A DNA stretch of 64,000 nt, taken from Sphyrna mokarran. Its lineage: Eukaryota. Where the stretch lies: the NCBI GenBank assembly GCA_024679065.1, contig JAGIQG010000007.1, positions 74,338,001-74,402,000 of the forward strand, given 5' to 3'. A program made the position numbers and the translations under genes. The notes beneath the pieces are model-generated. The model was not told where the DNA came from and searched no databases. It worked only from the letters and a program-made list of their open reading frames with translations. Below are positions 10,763 through 23,869 of the stretch, one piece after another (the stretch's first letter is position 1; each line of letters opens with the position of its first letter).

Positions 10763-12714
10763 GTGAGTGTGAAAAGCTGAGGAAATCTGTATTTAATTGC
10801 ATAAGTTATGTTGTCCGTGAAGTATTCTCACTTTTAAACTGAAGCCTCTGCTTAAAGTAAGCATCATTTCTAATAAGCCAAATTAATTTGACACCATAAA
10901 CACACTCCTTGGTCTGTTGAGTTGTGCGACAAGCTTTATCATACTAAGATGTTATGAACATCCCAGTAAATGGCGTTTCACTGGAAAATAACTTTTTACA
11001 TAACAGCAGTTATCACTGAGTCGCGGTGTCGATGCTAAGCTTTTAAAGAGAAATAAAGCTGTGAATCAGCTCCTTGGGTATTAACAAACACTAGTGAACA
11101 CTTTATTAATGATTAATGTGACCTTCTACATGGTGCTGTCGCGCAGCTTTTACTAACTGTATCCAAGCACTTTTTGGCTTTTAATATTAATGTCTTCATG
11201 ATTCAGAGCAGTTCCTGGTAATTTAGTGATATGAGTAGTTTCCGGTCCTGAGCTGCTGCCCTTAACGTGGGGGACTTTACTGTGAAAGACTTTCTTTTCC
11301 CTATAGAAATAAGATGTCTGTCTGGTCTTTGGATAGTGTGCTCCTTGCCCAACAACCTCGCGTGGCAAAACTAAACCCAAAAGATAGGGGTTCGTTTTAC
11401 GATCCTGATTGTAAGATCGCGTAAAGACTAATTTGTGGTGGTTTGAATACATAACTGGGGATATTATGAGCGCAACAATTTTCATATCGGTTGGTGTATT
11501 GCTAGCTGTAAAACAATCCTAATGCTGGAAAAACATTAACACCACTTTTAAAGGGGCCAGAATTTCAAGTGCTCATCTCCGGTCTAAATTGTGGGAAAGT
11601 CTTCTATCTCTCACCACTAAAAGTGAGGTGTTTTTGATGTGAATCCGTATCCCCTAAATCCTTGAACCATCCGAACTGTTCCATTTTCGATTGGCGCCTA
11701 TCGAGTTACACGAATGTTTTTAACTCCAGGTCGTAATAATGAACACAACTTTCGTGAAGTGACTGTACAAAGACAAACACTTGGGGACCTTGTGCCCCGT
11801 TTTAAAGAATGATTTTATGTAGTTGTATAAAACTTGCTACCTCTAATTGTCTTGGGGTACTTTGCGGAGGGAGGGGACTGAGGAGAGCCGAATGTTCAAC
11901 GTTTCATAAAACCATTTTGGTTCATTTCTCAAATCATTTCACTTGTCTTGAGCAGAATTCTCTTGTAATCAAACGCTGAAGACCACGGCTCCAAGATTGA
12001 GAAGAATCGTTTAGTTTTGTTTATGGTATAAAAATTGGTTTAATTGGATGCCCTGAGAATATGAAATTGGACTCTTTCAACATCTATATGAAGACTGCAG
12101 CTGATCAACTTGTCCAATGTGTGGCTGTGATTCTATTGAGTGATTTATCACTTTGTATTAGACTTGCAATAGCAGCCTCTTCAACCTACATCTGTTGTGC
12201 TCAATAAATGAAATAAAGAGCTAGATTACTTATTAAAACTAAGTGTTTCTGATGTCACTTGAGCTATATTAATAAAAATCTGAGGTAAAATGTAAATAAT
12301 GGTAGCTGTAAATGATTTAAGAATAGTGAAGAAGCTGCACACATTTTAAAAACTTCCAGGAAGACTATGAATTGAACAAACAACCTGATACCTGACTGTA
12401 ATTAACAGTTGACACACAGTCTGCTCCTGTGCACTGGAAATACAATTTGAGTTCACAATGCTAAACTAAATCTGGATGCTTGCAATGTATTGGACTGACA
12501 ATTCTTTAATTTAGAAAAACACTGAATCACAGCAAACTTGGCAAAACACAGTATGTCACTTCCTTCTGATCAGCTAAATGAGGCACAGAAGGTGATAACT
12601 GTATGATTGGCTATAACTAGTACAATTTTACCCCTAAACTGAATCTGTAGTCTATTTACAATGAATTGTGGTTCACTGACCTATAACCATACTACACTAC
12701 ATAATGAAGTGGCA

Positions 12715-12840
12715 CCTTTTCGTCTATAGACACTGGGAGGAAACCCCACAGACAAAACATGTACAAACTTAAGTGAGCCAAGTTGGGAATCAAACCCAGG
12801 TCCCTGCTACTGAGGGAGCAGCACTAGCCACCATGTTGCA
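12715..12840 (-). mobile_element. V-SINE (HE1-like) 5' remnant
   Basis: Antisense tRNA-derived head with B box (gggaatcaaacccagg). Confidence 0.6.
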
Positions 12841-13389
12841 GTGTTTTCTTCTGCCTTCCCCCACTGATCAGAAAATGACAGCATTCCCCATTTTGTTAAC
12901 AAATAGCACTAGCCTCCATTCTTCCCTTGCATTCTGAAGGGTAATGTGAGACAAACTGCATGTGAAGAGAGATGCCAACAGAGTGGAATGAAAGTCTCCT
13001 TTGCAGTACCAAAGATGCAGCCAAAAAATTTTGTTGTATAATATTCTTGCAACTACATTTCCTGACCATTGAGTGGCACTGCTGTAATTTTTCTTTTGGG
13101 CTAAAACTCAATCTTTAAATTTTTCTCAAGCTAATCTTCTTTTTTTAATGAAACAAATATCCTTTTTATGCCTTTGATTTAATGAAAATAAGACATGTTA
13201 AACTTAGCATTCCAATTATTTCTCTAAAACCATCAAAACCACACTTATGGATAACATGATGGGGGAGGGGGGTGTGGAGAAAGAGGATAACAATCTGCTG
13301 TAATCTGAATGGGTTTAAGGATTTGAAGGGCCTAGTTTGTCCCTGCAGTTTTAGGAGAAACAGCAGGATGGGCAGTAGCAGATAAATTT

Positions 13390-13635
13390 ATTGAATCCCT
13401 ACAGTGCAAAAGGAGGCAATTTGGCCTATTAAGCCTACACAACGGCAATCTCAATCTGGCTAATCCCTCTGAAGGGGCAATTTATCATGGCCAATCCACC
13501 TAACCTGTACATCTTTGGACTGCAAGGAAACCCCTGTAGATAGTGAGCAAATGTAAAATCCACAGTCACCTGAGGCTGGGGTTGAACATATATTGTTGGC
13601 ATGGAGGCAGCAGTAGCTTGCCTCTGTGCCATCCT
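13390..13635 (-). mobile_element. V-SINE (HE1-like)
   Basis: Antisense head, V core (catctttggactg...aaaccc) and CR1-like tail. Confidence 0.75.
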
Positions 13636-16600
13636 TGAACTGGACTAGAGTTTGAAGAAATGAATCACAAGGAAACAATTGACTAGTAAACTGACATAAT
13701 GTTTGCAATTTGAAGAGGTATTCTGTTTGCAGCTGTGAAGTAATTTGAGCCTGTATAGTAACTTTTAGTATTCTGCAATTTTCTGGAGTTATAAGTGGAA
13801 GGAAGAATGTATTTTAAGTTGCTAAAACACTTTGAAGCTCAACGCTGCTTTTATATTTGCCCCATTCTAATGCAGTGGGCCAGAATGAAGCACTATTGTA
13901 TCTTATTTGACCTGACATTAAGAGAAGTTACCTGAAACAAATAGCACTTTTCTCTTCGGAAATGTTTATTACTTTCATCTCTCAGATCAAGATGATGAAC
14001 CTTGACTGCATTTGTGTTTTTGAAACCCCCACTTATTAGACTTGTACAAATACAATAAAATTATGCAGGGGTTTAAAGCAGTCTTAAAAATATTTGCTTG
14101 CTTGTACTCGAGTGTAGAGAGTCTCTTGGGTTCTTGTCACGCCATGATCAACCTCGACATTAGCAACAGCAATGAGAATTGTCATTTTAAATTCCTGAAT
14201 TGAGGCACAAGCAGCCCCACACATATTGGAGATGTTGTCTAAATTTAATTTGCTTTCTTTGAAAATTCCAGCTATTCATCTCCCTTGGTTCTACCTGACC
14301 TGATGCAGTATGTGTAAACAAATAAATTTAGTTTCTCTTCAATTTGTTTATCACAAATAGAGAATAAAGCTCTCAGCATTTTGTATACAAGGAATACCTC
14401 TGGGAATCCGGTACTACTTGTAATAGAAATGTTGTAGTGTTTTTCTTTGCAGAATAATGGCAACTTCCTATTTTTGTGATTTTAGCTACATTTTGAGGAA
14501 ATCATCCATGCAGTTAATAATCTAAATTGTAGAATTACTGCTTGGAGCCTAAATTCTAGTGACATTGGACAAGGGAGGACATTTGTTTAAACTTGCCAAA
14601 GTCCGTAAACAATTTAGTGCTTTTTTTAAATTGATATCTTGTAACAATCTGCCCACAACTGACGTTTTGCTAACAAACCAATATATCTTGCCTATGCTTC
14701 TCCATCTTGAATGAAGTTGCTGTGTCAGCAATTGTCTAGCTTATGGTGCACTTAATTTTTAAGGTTTGAACATTTGTGTCCAGAACCTCTTCCATCTCTT
14801 TCACTTAACAGCTTGGGTTGTATGCCATTTCAAGTCTGACTTATTCACCTTGATTGAATCATTTCAATACTAGTTTGCTTTTTACAGTTCTCCCTAACCA
14901 CCACCTGCACCTGTGTAAATTAGTGAGTTATATTCACTAAAATTTTTTTATCCGTTACATTGTAGACTCCATTTCTGTGTAGTGTTGTTACTACAATGTC
15001 TACAAACATTTTTTTAAAGTCCTTTTCATATTTTTGCTTTTTTAACCTCTTTTTTGATTTTATATTTAATGTTAGCTGATTAAGTTTAATGTTCTTACTT
15101 ATCCACATCTGTACCTAATGTATTAATTTCTAGTGCTTTTCGACTTGAGATTTCCCAGTGTTAACTTATTTTTCTCTGTTCAGATATTCTTAGTCCTATC
15201 CTAATCCAGTACCCAGTCGTTATTGTCATTCTTTCCTATTGAATGTTGTGGCCACTGTTTACTGATTTCACCCTGATATCTTCATGCACCACCTTCACTT
15301 TTGAGAACTGGAAGTTGCTTTTCCTTCTAAAATTAGAAACATAACTGATCTGAGACTCCTAGTACATTCTTAAAAATGTGTTCATATTACTGCCCTGTTC
15401 TTGCATATTTCAGAATTGCCTATAAATTCTCTATCCTATCCCATCCCAGCTTCATTCATTAATAGCTTAATGTGCCATTTGTCTTCCTGTTGGCCCTGAA
15501 CATGTACGTACTGTCATGGTAAATCCTGTAAACATTGGTGTACTCTAGTGCTGGTTAATAACCTCTTCCATATTTCCTTTGTGATTTAAAAGGAATATTA
15601 CATTTTCATATACACCAACAAAATTAATGATTTTATATAATTTGACTACCCCTCAAGTTTGTTTTGCAATGTCTTGTTTCTGTGTTGACGATTTTCTTCA
15701 CTCTCAATCTTCATCTTGGCTCCCTAGTCCCCTCTTCTAATTTCATTATCCTCCTGTCTTTCCCTAATCTTAACCTCCCATACAAACTCTACTACCCTGC
15801 CACTTCTTAATTTTATTATTTCTGGCAGCCTCTGTAGTCAGTCCCTGTCAAGCATGAGGGGATGGATGGACTTTCATACTCTCCCCTGACAGCACTTCAT
15901 GTACATGTAGAAACTCGAAACTGCCCAACATGTGGCTCTTCATTCAACAAAATGCTTTTCAGTCACTTGCTCATTTCTACCTTTTGTAGTCCTTGTTCCC
16001 AGCAAAGCCTCTATTTTTCCTGTAATGGTCTTCATCTTCAAAGTTCAAGGAATGCAGGCTTGTGTACCTAGCAAAGAACTAGTTTAACTTTCTATCGCCA
16101 GTACCAACTGTACTACATCAAACCCATCTGTCTTCACTTCTCTTTCCAAGTTTCCCACTATTCCAGACTCATCCCTGGAGTTCAAGTGATTTCCTTTTTA
16201 ATTTTTCTCACAGCCCCTTGAACCACTGTTAAGGCCCCATGGATGACTCACCAAGATCATTTGAGCACTTGAAACATTGTGGCATACAAGGCTATGGATC
16301 AAGTGCTGGAAAATAAGATTAGAATGAATAGGTCTTGATGGCAGGCAAATGTAATGGGCAGAATGGCAGAATTTGTTCTGTGAAACTCTGACTCTATCAA
16401 GCAACTCAATTCAGCTGCCTCTACTCTTGAGTCACTCTTTCTTACTGCCCCAGCCCTAAATTAGATGGAAATGACCTTGTTCAAGAAAATCTACCTCCTT
16501 CCTTGGCCCTTGTGATAGTTAATAATGTAAATAATTCTGTTTCATCAAGTGTTGCCCGCTTTCCTTCAAGACCGCAGTTTCTTCTTTTCAAAATAACCTA

Positions 16601-17629
16601 TTCAATCCCTATTTACTTCTTGAAGATAAAGCTATAGTTTACATCTGGTTTCTTTCAGGCCCATTTTTTCCCACCTGATTATGTTTCCAGTCTTTCTGCA
16701 ATCCCTTCAAATAAATGATCTTGCCATGCCATTCGTAAGTAGCCCAAACTAAATTTGCACAGCACCCACTATTCTGCAGTATTGCTTTTTGATTTATAGT
16801 CCAACTTTTTCCATGGTTGTTCATGCAATTCTCTGTCTAGCTCTCAAAGGATAGGCAAGAGTGAAACCAATTGTAGCCAGAGCATCTCCAATAAAGATTT
16901 CTCTTGCCCATGCATGCTCAAAACCTTGGGACCCATATCTTGCCCTATTAGCTCATTATCACCCCATGGCCTCACTGACCTTTGTTGGCTACTGGACCTC
17001 TTAATTTTATTCAAAATTTGCACCTTATGATTTTGTTGAACTCTACTACCCTGTAGCCACCGCACCCCCCCCAAATTTATTTGCATCTGTTGCCTGTGCC
17101 CTGAACTCTTTTTAGGATAGTTACTTTTGATCATTACAGTACAAGGAATTCTTTGAAGATATTTTTCCAAGATTAGGATGTAAGCTTTGGATTGCAGCTT
17201 TGTGTGGGAGCATAATCTTTTGAAAGTAACTTGTATTACTTGCATTACAAAATTAACATTATTTGTATCACTATCTATTTCTTAAATATCTTGATGTTTA
17301 AAGTATGAGCTCTTGGACAGAGGTAAATATGCATCTCAGCTTTAATTTTCAGGGGAAGGGCCTATTTTGTAACCTATTGACCCACGAGGTTTGCACAATT
17401 AGGAAAATGCTTGTCTGCTGTAGTGCGTTTTTCCATTCTTTGTGTGGCTGCTGTTGATCTTAAAGGGAGATGGCAAGGAAGCTACTTTAGATTTTGGAGA
17501 GGTGATGATAGACATCTGAAATGAAATGCAGTCATGCTATGCTGATATAAATTCAAAAATAAAGTAAGAGCCTATAAAATAGCATATGGTAGTTCCTTAG
17601 TATTAAAAATCTGTTATTCTGAAATAAGG

Positions 17630-17800
17630 TGCTGCCAAAGCTTTTCATCCTGTGCTCATCAGAGCAGATACAATGCCAATTTCAAAGGAAACAACAATTT
17701 ATAATGCATGAGGAAAAAGGGTGCTCATTGGTTGGCAAGTGGTCTCTGGTTAAGGAGTTGCCTTAACCAGGGAACACTTATCCACCAAACTTTTTAAAAA
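17630..17800 (-). mobile_element. Probable Penelope-type remnant with a minimal hammerhead ribozyme motif (family C)
   Basis: The minus strand reads CTGCT-CTGATGA-GCACAGGAT-GAAA-AGCTTT-GGCAG. The element's extent is uncertain. Confidence 0.5.
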
Positions 17801-19270
17801 CCACAAGTCTACTGTGGCCAAGATGCTGCCACAAGGATTGCAAAAGAGCACATCCTTTCTGCTATTTGCAACGGGCAGAATACTGACTATATTAAACCAG
17901 CCCTTGCTGGCCAAACAAGTACTCAATAATCAGTGATTCTGGAATAGGACCAACACTTGCTGGACAATCCTGAGTGTGCTAAGAATTGCATACTAGCCAA
18001 TTTAAGATTCAGTTGGATCCAGTGGTTCAATTGCACTTGCTTGAGACATATTCATATGCATGGCCCTGTCCTCTACAAATGAACATGTCCAGGCATTACA
18101 TTTTTTTAGTTAAACAAAAACTTGAACAATTTTCCCTGGTGTGTTCAGCATGGTAAAATATTGACCAATTGGAGTCAACTTACCATCCTTCTCTTTGCAA
18201 TATAAACTTTTCATTTTGAAATTTGGTATTCTTGTGTCCAGTGAATAAAATACAAAAGACCTTAATGACAAGTTGTTACCAAGTAACAAAAATGGCACCT
18301 ATTTAAATCCTTCAACAGATTTTGAAAGGCTGTCAGTGAGGTTGTGTTCATCTGAAGTAGCTCTTTTTGATCTAATATAATGAAATATACCCTTGGTACT
18401 AAAATTTAAACCAGCACCAACTAATGAGAATGTTAGTCTGTAAGTTTGTTTGTAAACTACATTTGAGAAAACAAAATGGCTTCACTTTGTTTAACAGACA
18501 TATGTTTCAAATTCTGCTATCACAGTCTCAGAACAGTGAGGAGGACATTCAGTAGTTTGCATTCTTCTGCCCTGTTGTGGTAACTCAGCATTATTACCAT
18601 TTATGTAGTTTCCTTGTGGTTTACTACAAAGCAGGAAAAAAATCTTGAGCAGCTCCATCCAGAGGAGGCTTCAGGCCAATCCACATTCAACCTGCTTTGA
18701 AAACTCTGCTTGCATTTTGACAATAACGAAGAAATTTCAGAACATCAACTGAGACAATCGGCAACATGCTAAATAAAATAATTCACAACTTCTAAGGTGA
18801 ATTTGTTATCTCCCAATTTTAATCCTGACAATAAGGATTATAACTACAGTTTTCCTGATCTGTAAAAGTTCTAGTTTCCAGAAAAATTAACCAAGAAAAA
18901 TCTTCTATTGTGTTAGACCAAAGCTTAATTAAAATTAACATTTGGGAATGTCTGTTTACAGCGCCTCTTTGTAAAGTGTGTTCATTCACAGTGAGATGTG
19001 AGCAAGCTAAGAAGAGAGCAGGAGCATTTATGTTGATCTTAACGTGATGAGATTCTTGCTAACTTTAATATAGCCACTATTTTATAGGTAAATAGCAGCC
19101 AGTGAGAAGAATTCCCCAGATACAATTCAGGTGAACAAATGATATTACCTCTATGGCACAACAGGTGAACATTTAATTTTGTCTACTCTAGTTCAGAAAG
19201 CTATCTAATTAATTCCATTCCACTTTTTCTTGTAGATATTTATCCATTTCCTTTCCGAATAAGATGTAGG

Positions 19271-19358
19271 CAAGACTGCAAGAAACTATGAAGGTCTGTG
19301 AACATTGCATTATGTTCTAGGCTATGTTCACAGACCTTCATAGTTTCTTGCAGTCTTG
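19271..19358. repeat. Perfect 35-bp inverted repeat with an 18-nt loop
   Basis: 19271-19305 is the exact reverse complement of 19324-19358. Confidence 0.95.
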
Positions 19359-19409
19359 ATCCGAGCAGGAGAAGTACCAATCTGTGATACATCTGGAAAA
19401 GATAGTTGC

Positions 19410-19626
19410 CTCACTAAGAGTCTGGCACCACCAATTTTAAATCCAACTGATTTATTTGATAGTAAATCTGCTAGCTTTTGGCGTTTGTGCCTTCGTCATT
19501 CACCTGACAAAGGCACAAATGCTGAAAGCTAGCAGATTTACTATCAAATAAATCAGTTGGATTTAAAATTGGTGGTGCCAGACTCTTACTGCGTTTACCC
19601 CAGTCCAATGCTGGCATCTCTACATC
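19410..19626 (+). mobile_element. Penelope-type hairpin insertion with a hammerhead core (family A)
   Basis: 84-bp arms (19415-19498 / 19505-19588); tail ccagtccaatgctggcatctctacatc; TSD AAAGATAGTTGC at 19398-19409 and 19627-19638. Confidence 0.85.
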
Positions 19627-22600
19627 AAAGATAGTTGCGCCCTAGAAACAATGTCATAGCAGATGTACTGGCTTCCTTAAATCTGAGAAAGTAGAGGTAT
19701 TGGTGGGCATTCTCAACTATAGCATCAGCAAGAGGGACCAGGACAGGTGATTGGTGATCTGGAAATCTAGAAACTTGAAGATCTCAATCGTTTCTACTTC
19801 TTCATCATTGGTGTAGACAGGGGCATGTTCTCCACTATGCTACTTGTTGAGTAGTGCCATGGGATTTTGCATCCAAATGAACAAGGAGACAAGATCCAAA
19901 AATACAGAAAATGACTGAACTGCAAAGTGGCAGCTTATACAGTCAAATTCACAGTTAGACGGAGCTTACCTGTTTTATGCATTGGTTAAGAATTGTGCTC
20001 GAGGATTTTCCTGAAACGGACTGAAGATTTTAATCTTGGTCTGGTTTTGGCTAACAAGTGGAATATTGTTGGGCATTGGTTATATTGAGCTAGTAATCAT
20101 GAGATCTTGCAGTTAAGATTTTAAATCTATAAGTAAGAAAAATGCCTGGTTTTAGCAATTAGTTGAAGAAAAATATAATTTGCTTACACATCTCTTCAAG
20201 GAGATTGCCATTCTCAGACTGCAGTTTCAGTTTAACTAACTTGGTTTAACTTTTTTGGACTAATACTAACTTTTTTTGTGTAAAACATCTTGCAGTGAGT
20301 GACTCAAGAAGGATTATCACAACTTCTGAGGCCACTGTAGATACAATCAATATCATCCATGCCAGCAGTGTAGCTGTATCCTAAGAATTTTTTAAATTTG
20401 GAATGAAGTACTGTAATACCTTCGAGTACCCAAATGAATCCCTGCCTTGAGAGGAGTAAAATAGCTGCTAGGATCAAAAATGCTCTCCACTGTCTTAGTT
20501 TGCCAGTACCACTAAGATAGTCATTGTACTGTGGCATGTAATATTGGTAATTTAGTACATATGACTAAACCTGATTTGTGAACTGCTTAAACTTGATGCA
20601 AGTTTGAAAGGAGCTTTCTCCTAGGGTTGTGCATATCCACCACGGTGTGAATTAGGGATGCGAACCATTTTTGCTATTTGGTACAAACCAGTATTTTGCC
20701 AACATAACACTGAAGTGACCAGAAAGAGAATTTTGTTGGAATGCTCTAGAAAAATCTGTTTGGAATTCTCTGCTTTAATGGTAAATGTATGCAATAATCC
20801 CTTCCCTTTTGAAGAATGTTACAATAAACAAACTCTACAATCAACTGCCAGAATTTCAGACAGACTCTTATTATGGAAGATTAAGAGGATTATCCAATGT
20901 TGCAGTTCCCTTGATCACTGTACCATCTCCACAAGAAGCGGATCAAAGGATCTTGTCAACTAATCAGATTTTAAATCTTATTTATGTGCTTTGTGTGAAT
21001 TTGGAGAACTTGAGTAACTTTTTTCCCTATTTTTGTTCCAGAAATCTAGATGTGAAACCATTAAATTCAATTTGTGCAGTATTGGCATGCAAGAATCAAG
21101 GATCTACTATGAATCTTCTAACTGATTTTTAAAATATTCGTGGTGTAGTTTCTCTTGTTTTCAAATATGGAGTAGCTGGAGCATGTTATTTCAGTCAAAT
21201 TCGTAAAATGTTGTCACATGCAACTGGTTTCAGAAACCAAAATGTAAATTTTACACTAACTTTTGTGCTCAACCACAGGATTTTAAGGTGAGATTCCATC
21301 GACATCAAGCTCTTTTGTATGAAGGAAAAGCAGGTAGTCACTTGCTATAGATCTTCGTAAATTAGAAATACCATAGATGTGCTGGAATTCACACCCATAG
21401 TGAGCATTAACTGTCAGTATTAAAGATGGTGTACAGCTTGGCACTTGCACTCAGTTGTCTCAAATGTAGCATACTTTGGCCATATTTCACATGTAAAAAT
21501 GAAATTTCATGACATAGTGCAAAGTGTATTGGCAAATGGATGCTTAACACGGGGGGGAGTGGGAGTGCTGTGTGGAGAGAGAATGCATTAATTTTATTAA
21601 GTTGTCACTACCTTCACAGGATTCAGTGAGAAATAATTGTACCAATAACAAATGGATTTTGTTCTTTCTACAAAAACAAATTCTGATATCTATACTGCAA
21701 TACTGGATATAGTAGAAAACATGAGGTAGTGGTCTAATTTATATTTTATGCTTCTGCATTTGTGTATTTCTCTGATTTTAAAATTATTTCTATTAGCATG
21801 TCGGGTTTTAGTAAAAAGGAGCACTTTTTTACTATCGAACAGAAGATTGGATCATTTCAAGCTCTTGCTAACTTATCCAGACAATTTAATTAATGCTGTA
21901 ATTTAATGCACTTTCTTTTGCAATGTTACAAAGTACCTTGCAACATGGCAAAAAAAATATGATCTAAGGAGAGCAGGGAGTATGTGCAACATTTAACAGT
22001 GGCACAGCTGGGATCCATAAATGCTACTATATTGGATCTTGCTAAGGGCTAATTAATTATCTTGTGTAAACTAAGTATGGTATAGAAAAGATAAGGGTGA
22101 CAAAATTGCTGGTGATTTTTAATGGAAGAATGTACAGATGGGAATCACGAATTTTATCACCAATTGTTTGGATGTGAACTATTTAGACTTGAATTTTTTA
22201 AGAATAAGTAAAGATTATTCTACATTTCTAAACATCTAATAGCTAGATAATGCAATTCCAATCTTGCTGTTTAGTTTTTATAAGCTGTATTCTGTAAATG
22301 TTTCACAGCTTTTTAAATGTGTAGGTTATACATGACATTATTTCTGATTAGGGTAGGTTTTTCAGTCTGCCAAGATTTTGTGCCCTGGTAATGAGAGAAC
22401 TGAATGGTCTGTTACTAAATTCCTGTTATCCTTCATGTCTGCGTGAGGAGGCACAGATTGCTACCTGGAATGAGCTATCCTTTCTGCCTGCCAAGTAATG
22501 TTGTAACTTCCACTTTGAATAAGAAATCAAACCTTTGACTTTTCACTCAAACACTGGCACTGAACACAAGCTGCAACTGTTGAAGGGGAGCATTGTGTTT

Positions 22601-23869
22601 ATTTCAATAAAATGTATTTTTAACAGGCATTTCCTTTTTCTTAATCTTTAGGTAGGAATATGGGAGATTCCTCCCCACTAAATGTTTGTAAATGAAGTGG
22701 GGGATTTCCAAGTCTTAAATCCTTGTGATAAACTATTAACTAGGAGGGAATGAAAACAAAATTCATTTCCTTCTATAAACTAGTTTGGGATATTTTGTGA
22801 TCCCCACCTTTATTTTAGAAAGAATGACTGGTGCTTTGGAAATGGGGGAATTCCAAAACATAAACTCCATGATGAAGGAAGGAACAGTAAGCCTAATAGT
22901 GACCGTGTCCTACAAATAGCTGTCATAAAGAATGAACAAGTATCATGCAGTCAGTATTATTGGACTTTTGGCTTTGCTGCTGAGAAAAATCTAATACCTG
23001 CCTGATCACTCATCAATTAATGCCTTTTGAAAGAATAGGAAGTTTGACATTTTTCTCCTAGTAAATCATATGTAGGATAGTAGAAGACTTCACTCATTAG
23101 TTTTGCCAAATCTTTGATATATATTTGCTAATGCTATTGAGTTGAGAATGAATAATTTCTGAAGTTTAACTTTCCATGTTTGGATGTATAACTATTTTAA
23201 AAGTTTGCTAGTATTTGTATGTGTTTTTAATTTATAACTTCAGGAGAGAAATTTGTGCCACATCAATTTCTCAGTTACTAATTTAAAATTTGTTTGCTAT
23301 TTGCAATTGCTGCATAATTAGTTTTTACTTGGTTATGATATTGAAAACCACTAAACTTTCACACTGAAGGTCTTGATTGAATTTCTAGTTGCCACGATTG
23401 ACAGCTATTTCTGAGTATCAGTTTAGTTCAATAATTTTTCTCAACCAGAGCCTTATGGGTCCAAACCTTCTTTCCAGACATGTTTAGAATCTAGGTTGAT
23501 GCTTTGACTGTAAAAGACATTAAGGAATGCTCCACAGACTATGAATTTTTCACAGAAGGCAGCTATTTGGCCCATTACCTGTGCCAGCTCCAAATGAGCA
23601 GTGCAACTATTGCCATTCCTTACCTTTTATCATAACCCTGTTCATTCTTTTTAGATGATGCAATATCCTCTTAAATGCCTTGATTGAACATGACTCCTAT
23701 ATGATCTGGCAGTACTTTAACATCTTAACTACTGGCTGCTGGAAGTTTTCTCGTGTTTCCATTGCGCTTCTACCAATTACCTTTAAATCCATGTTCCCTC
23801 ATTGTTGAACCATCAGTGGGAAGAGTTTGCCCCATCATGATTTTGAATACCACTATTGAATCTTCATCA

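Larger units (their letters stand above)
9680..10780. promoter_or_regulatory. CpG-rich bidirectional promoter region shared by RPL7 and RDH10
   Basis: Marked rise in CpG and GC against a CpG-depleted background; the divergent ATGs are at 9870 and 10313; TATTTAAA at 10138-10145 is preceded by GC-rich boxes. Confidence 0.75.
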
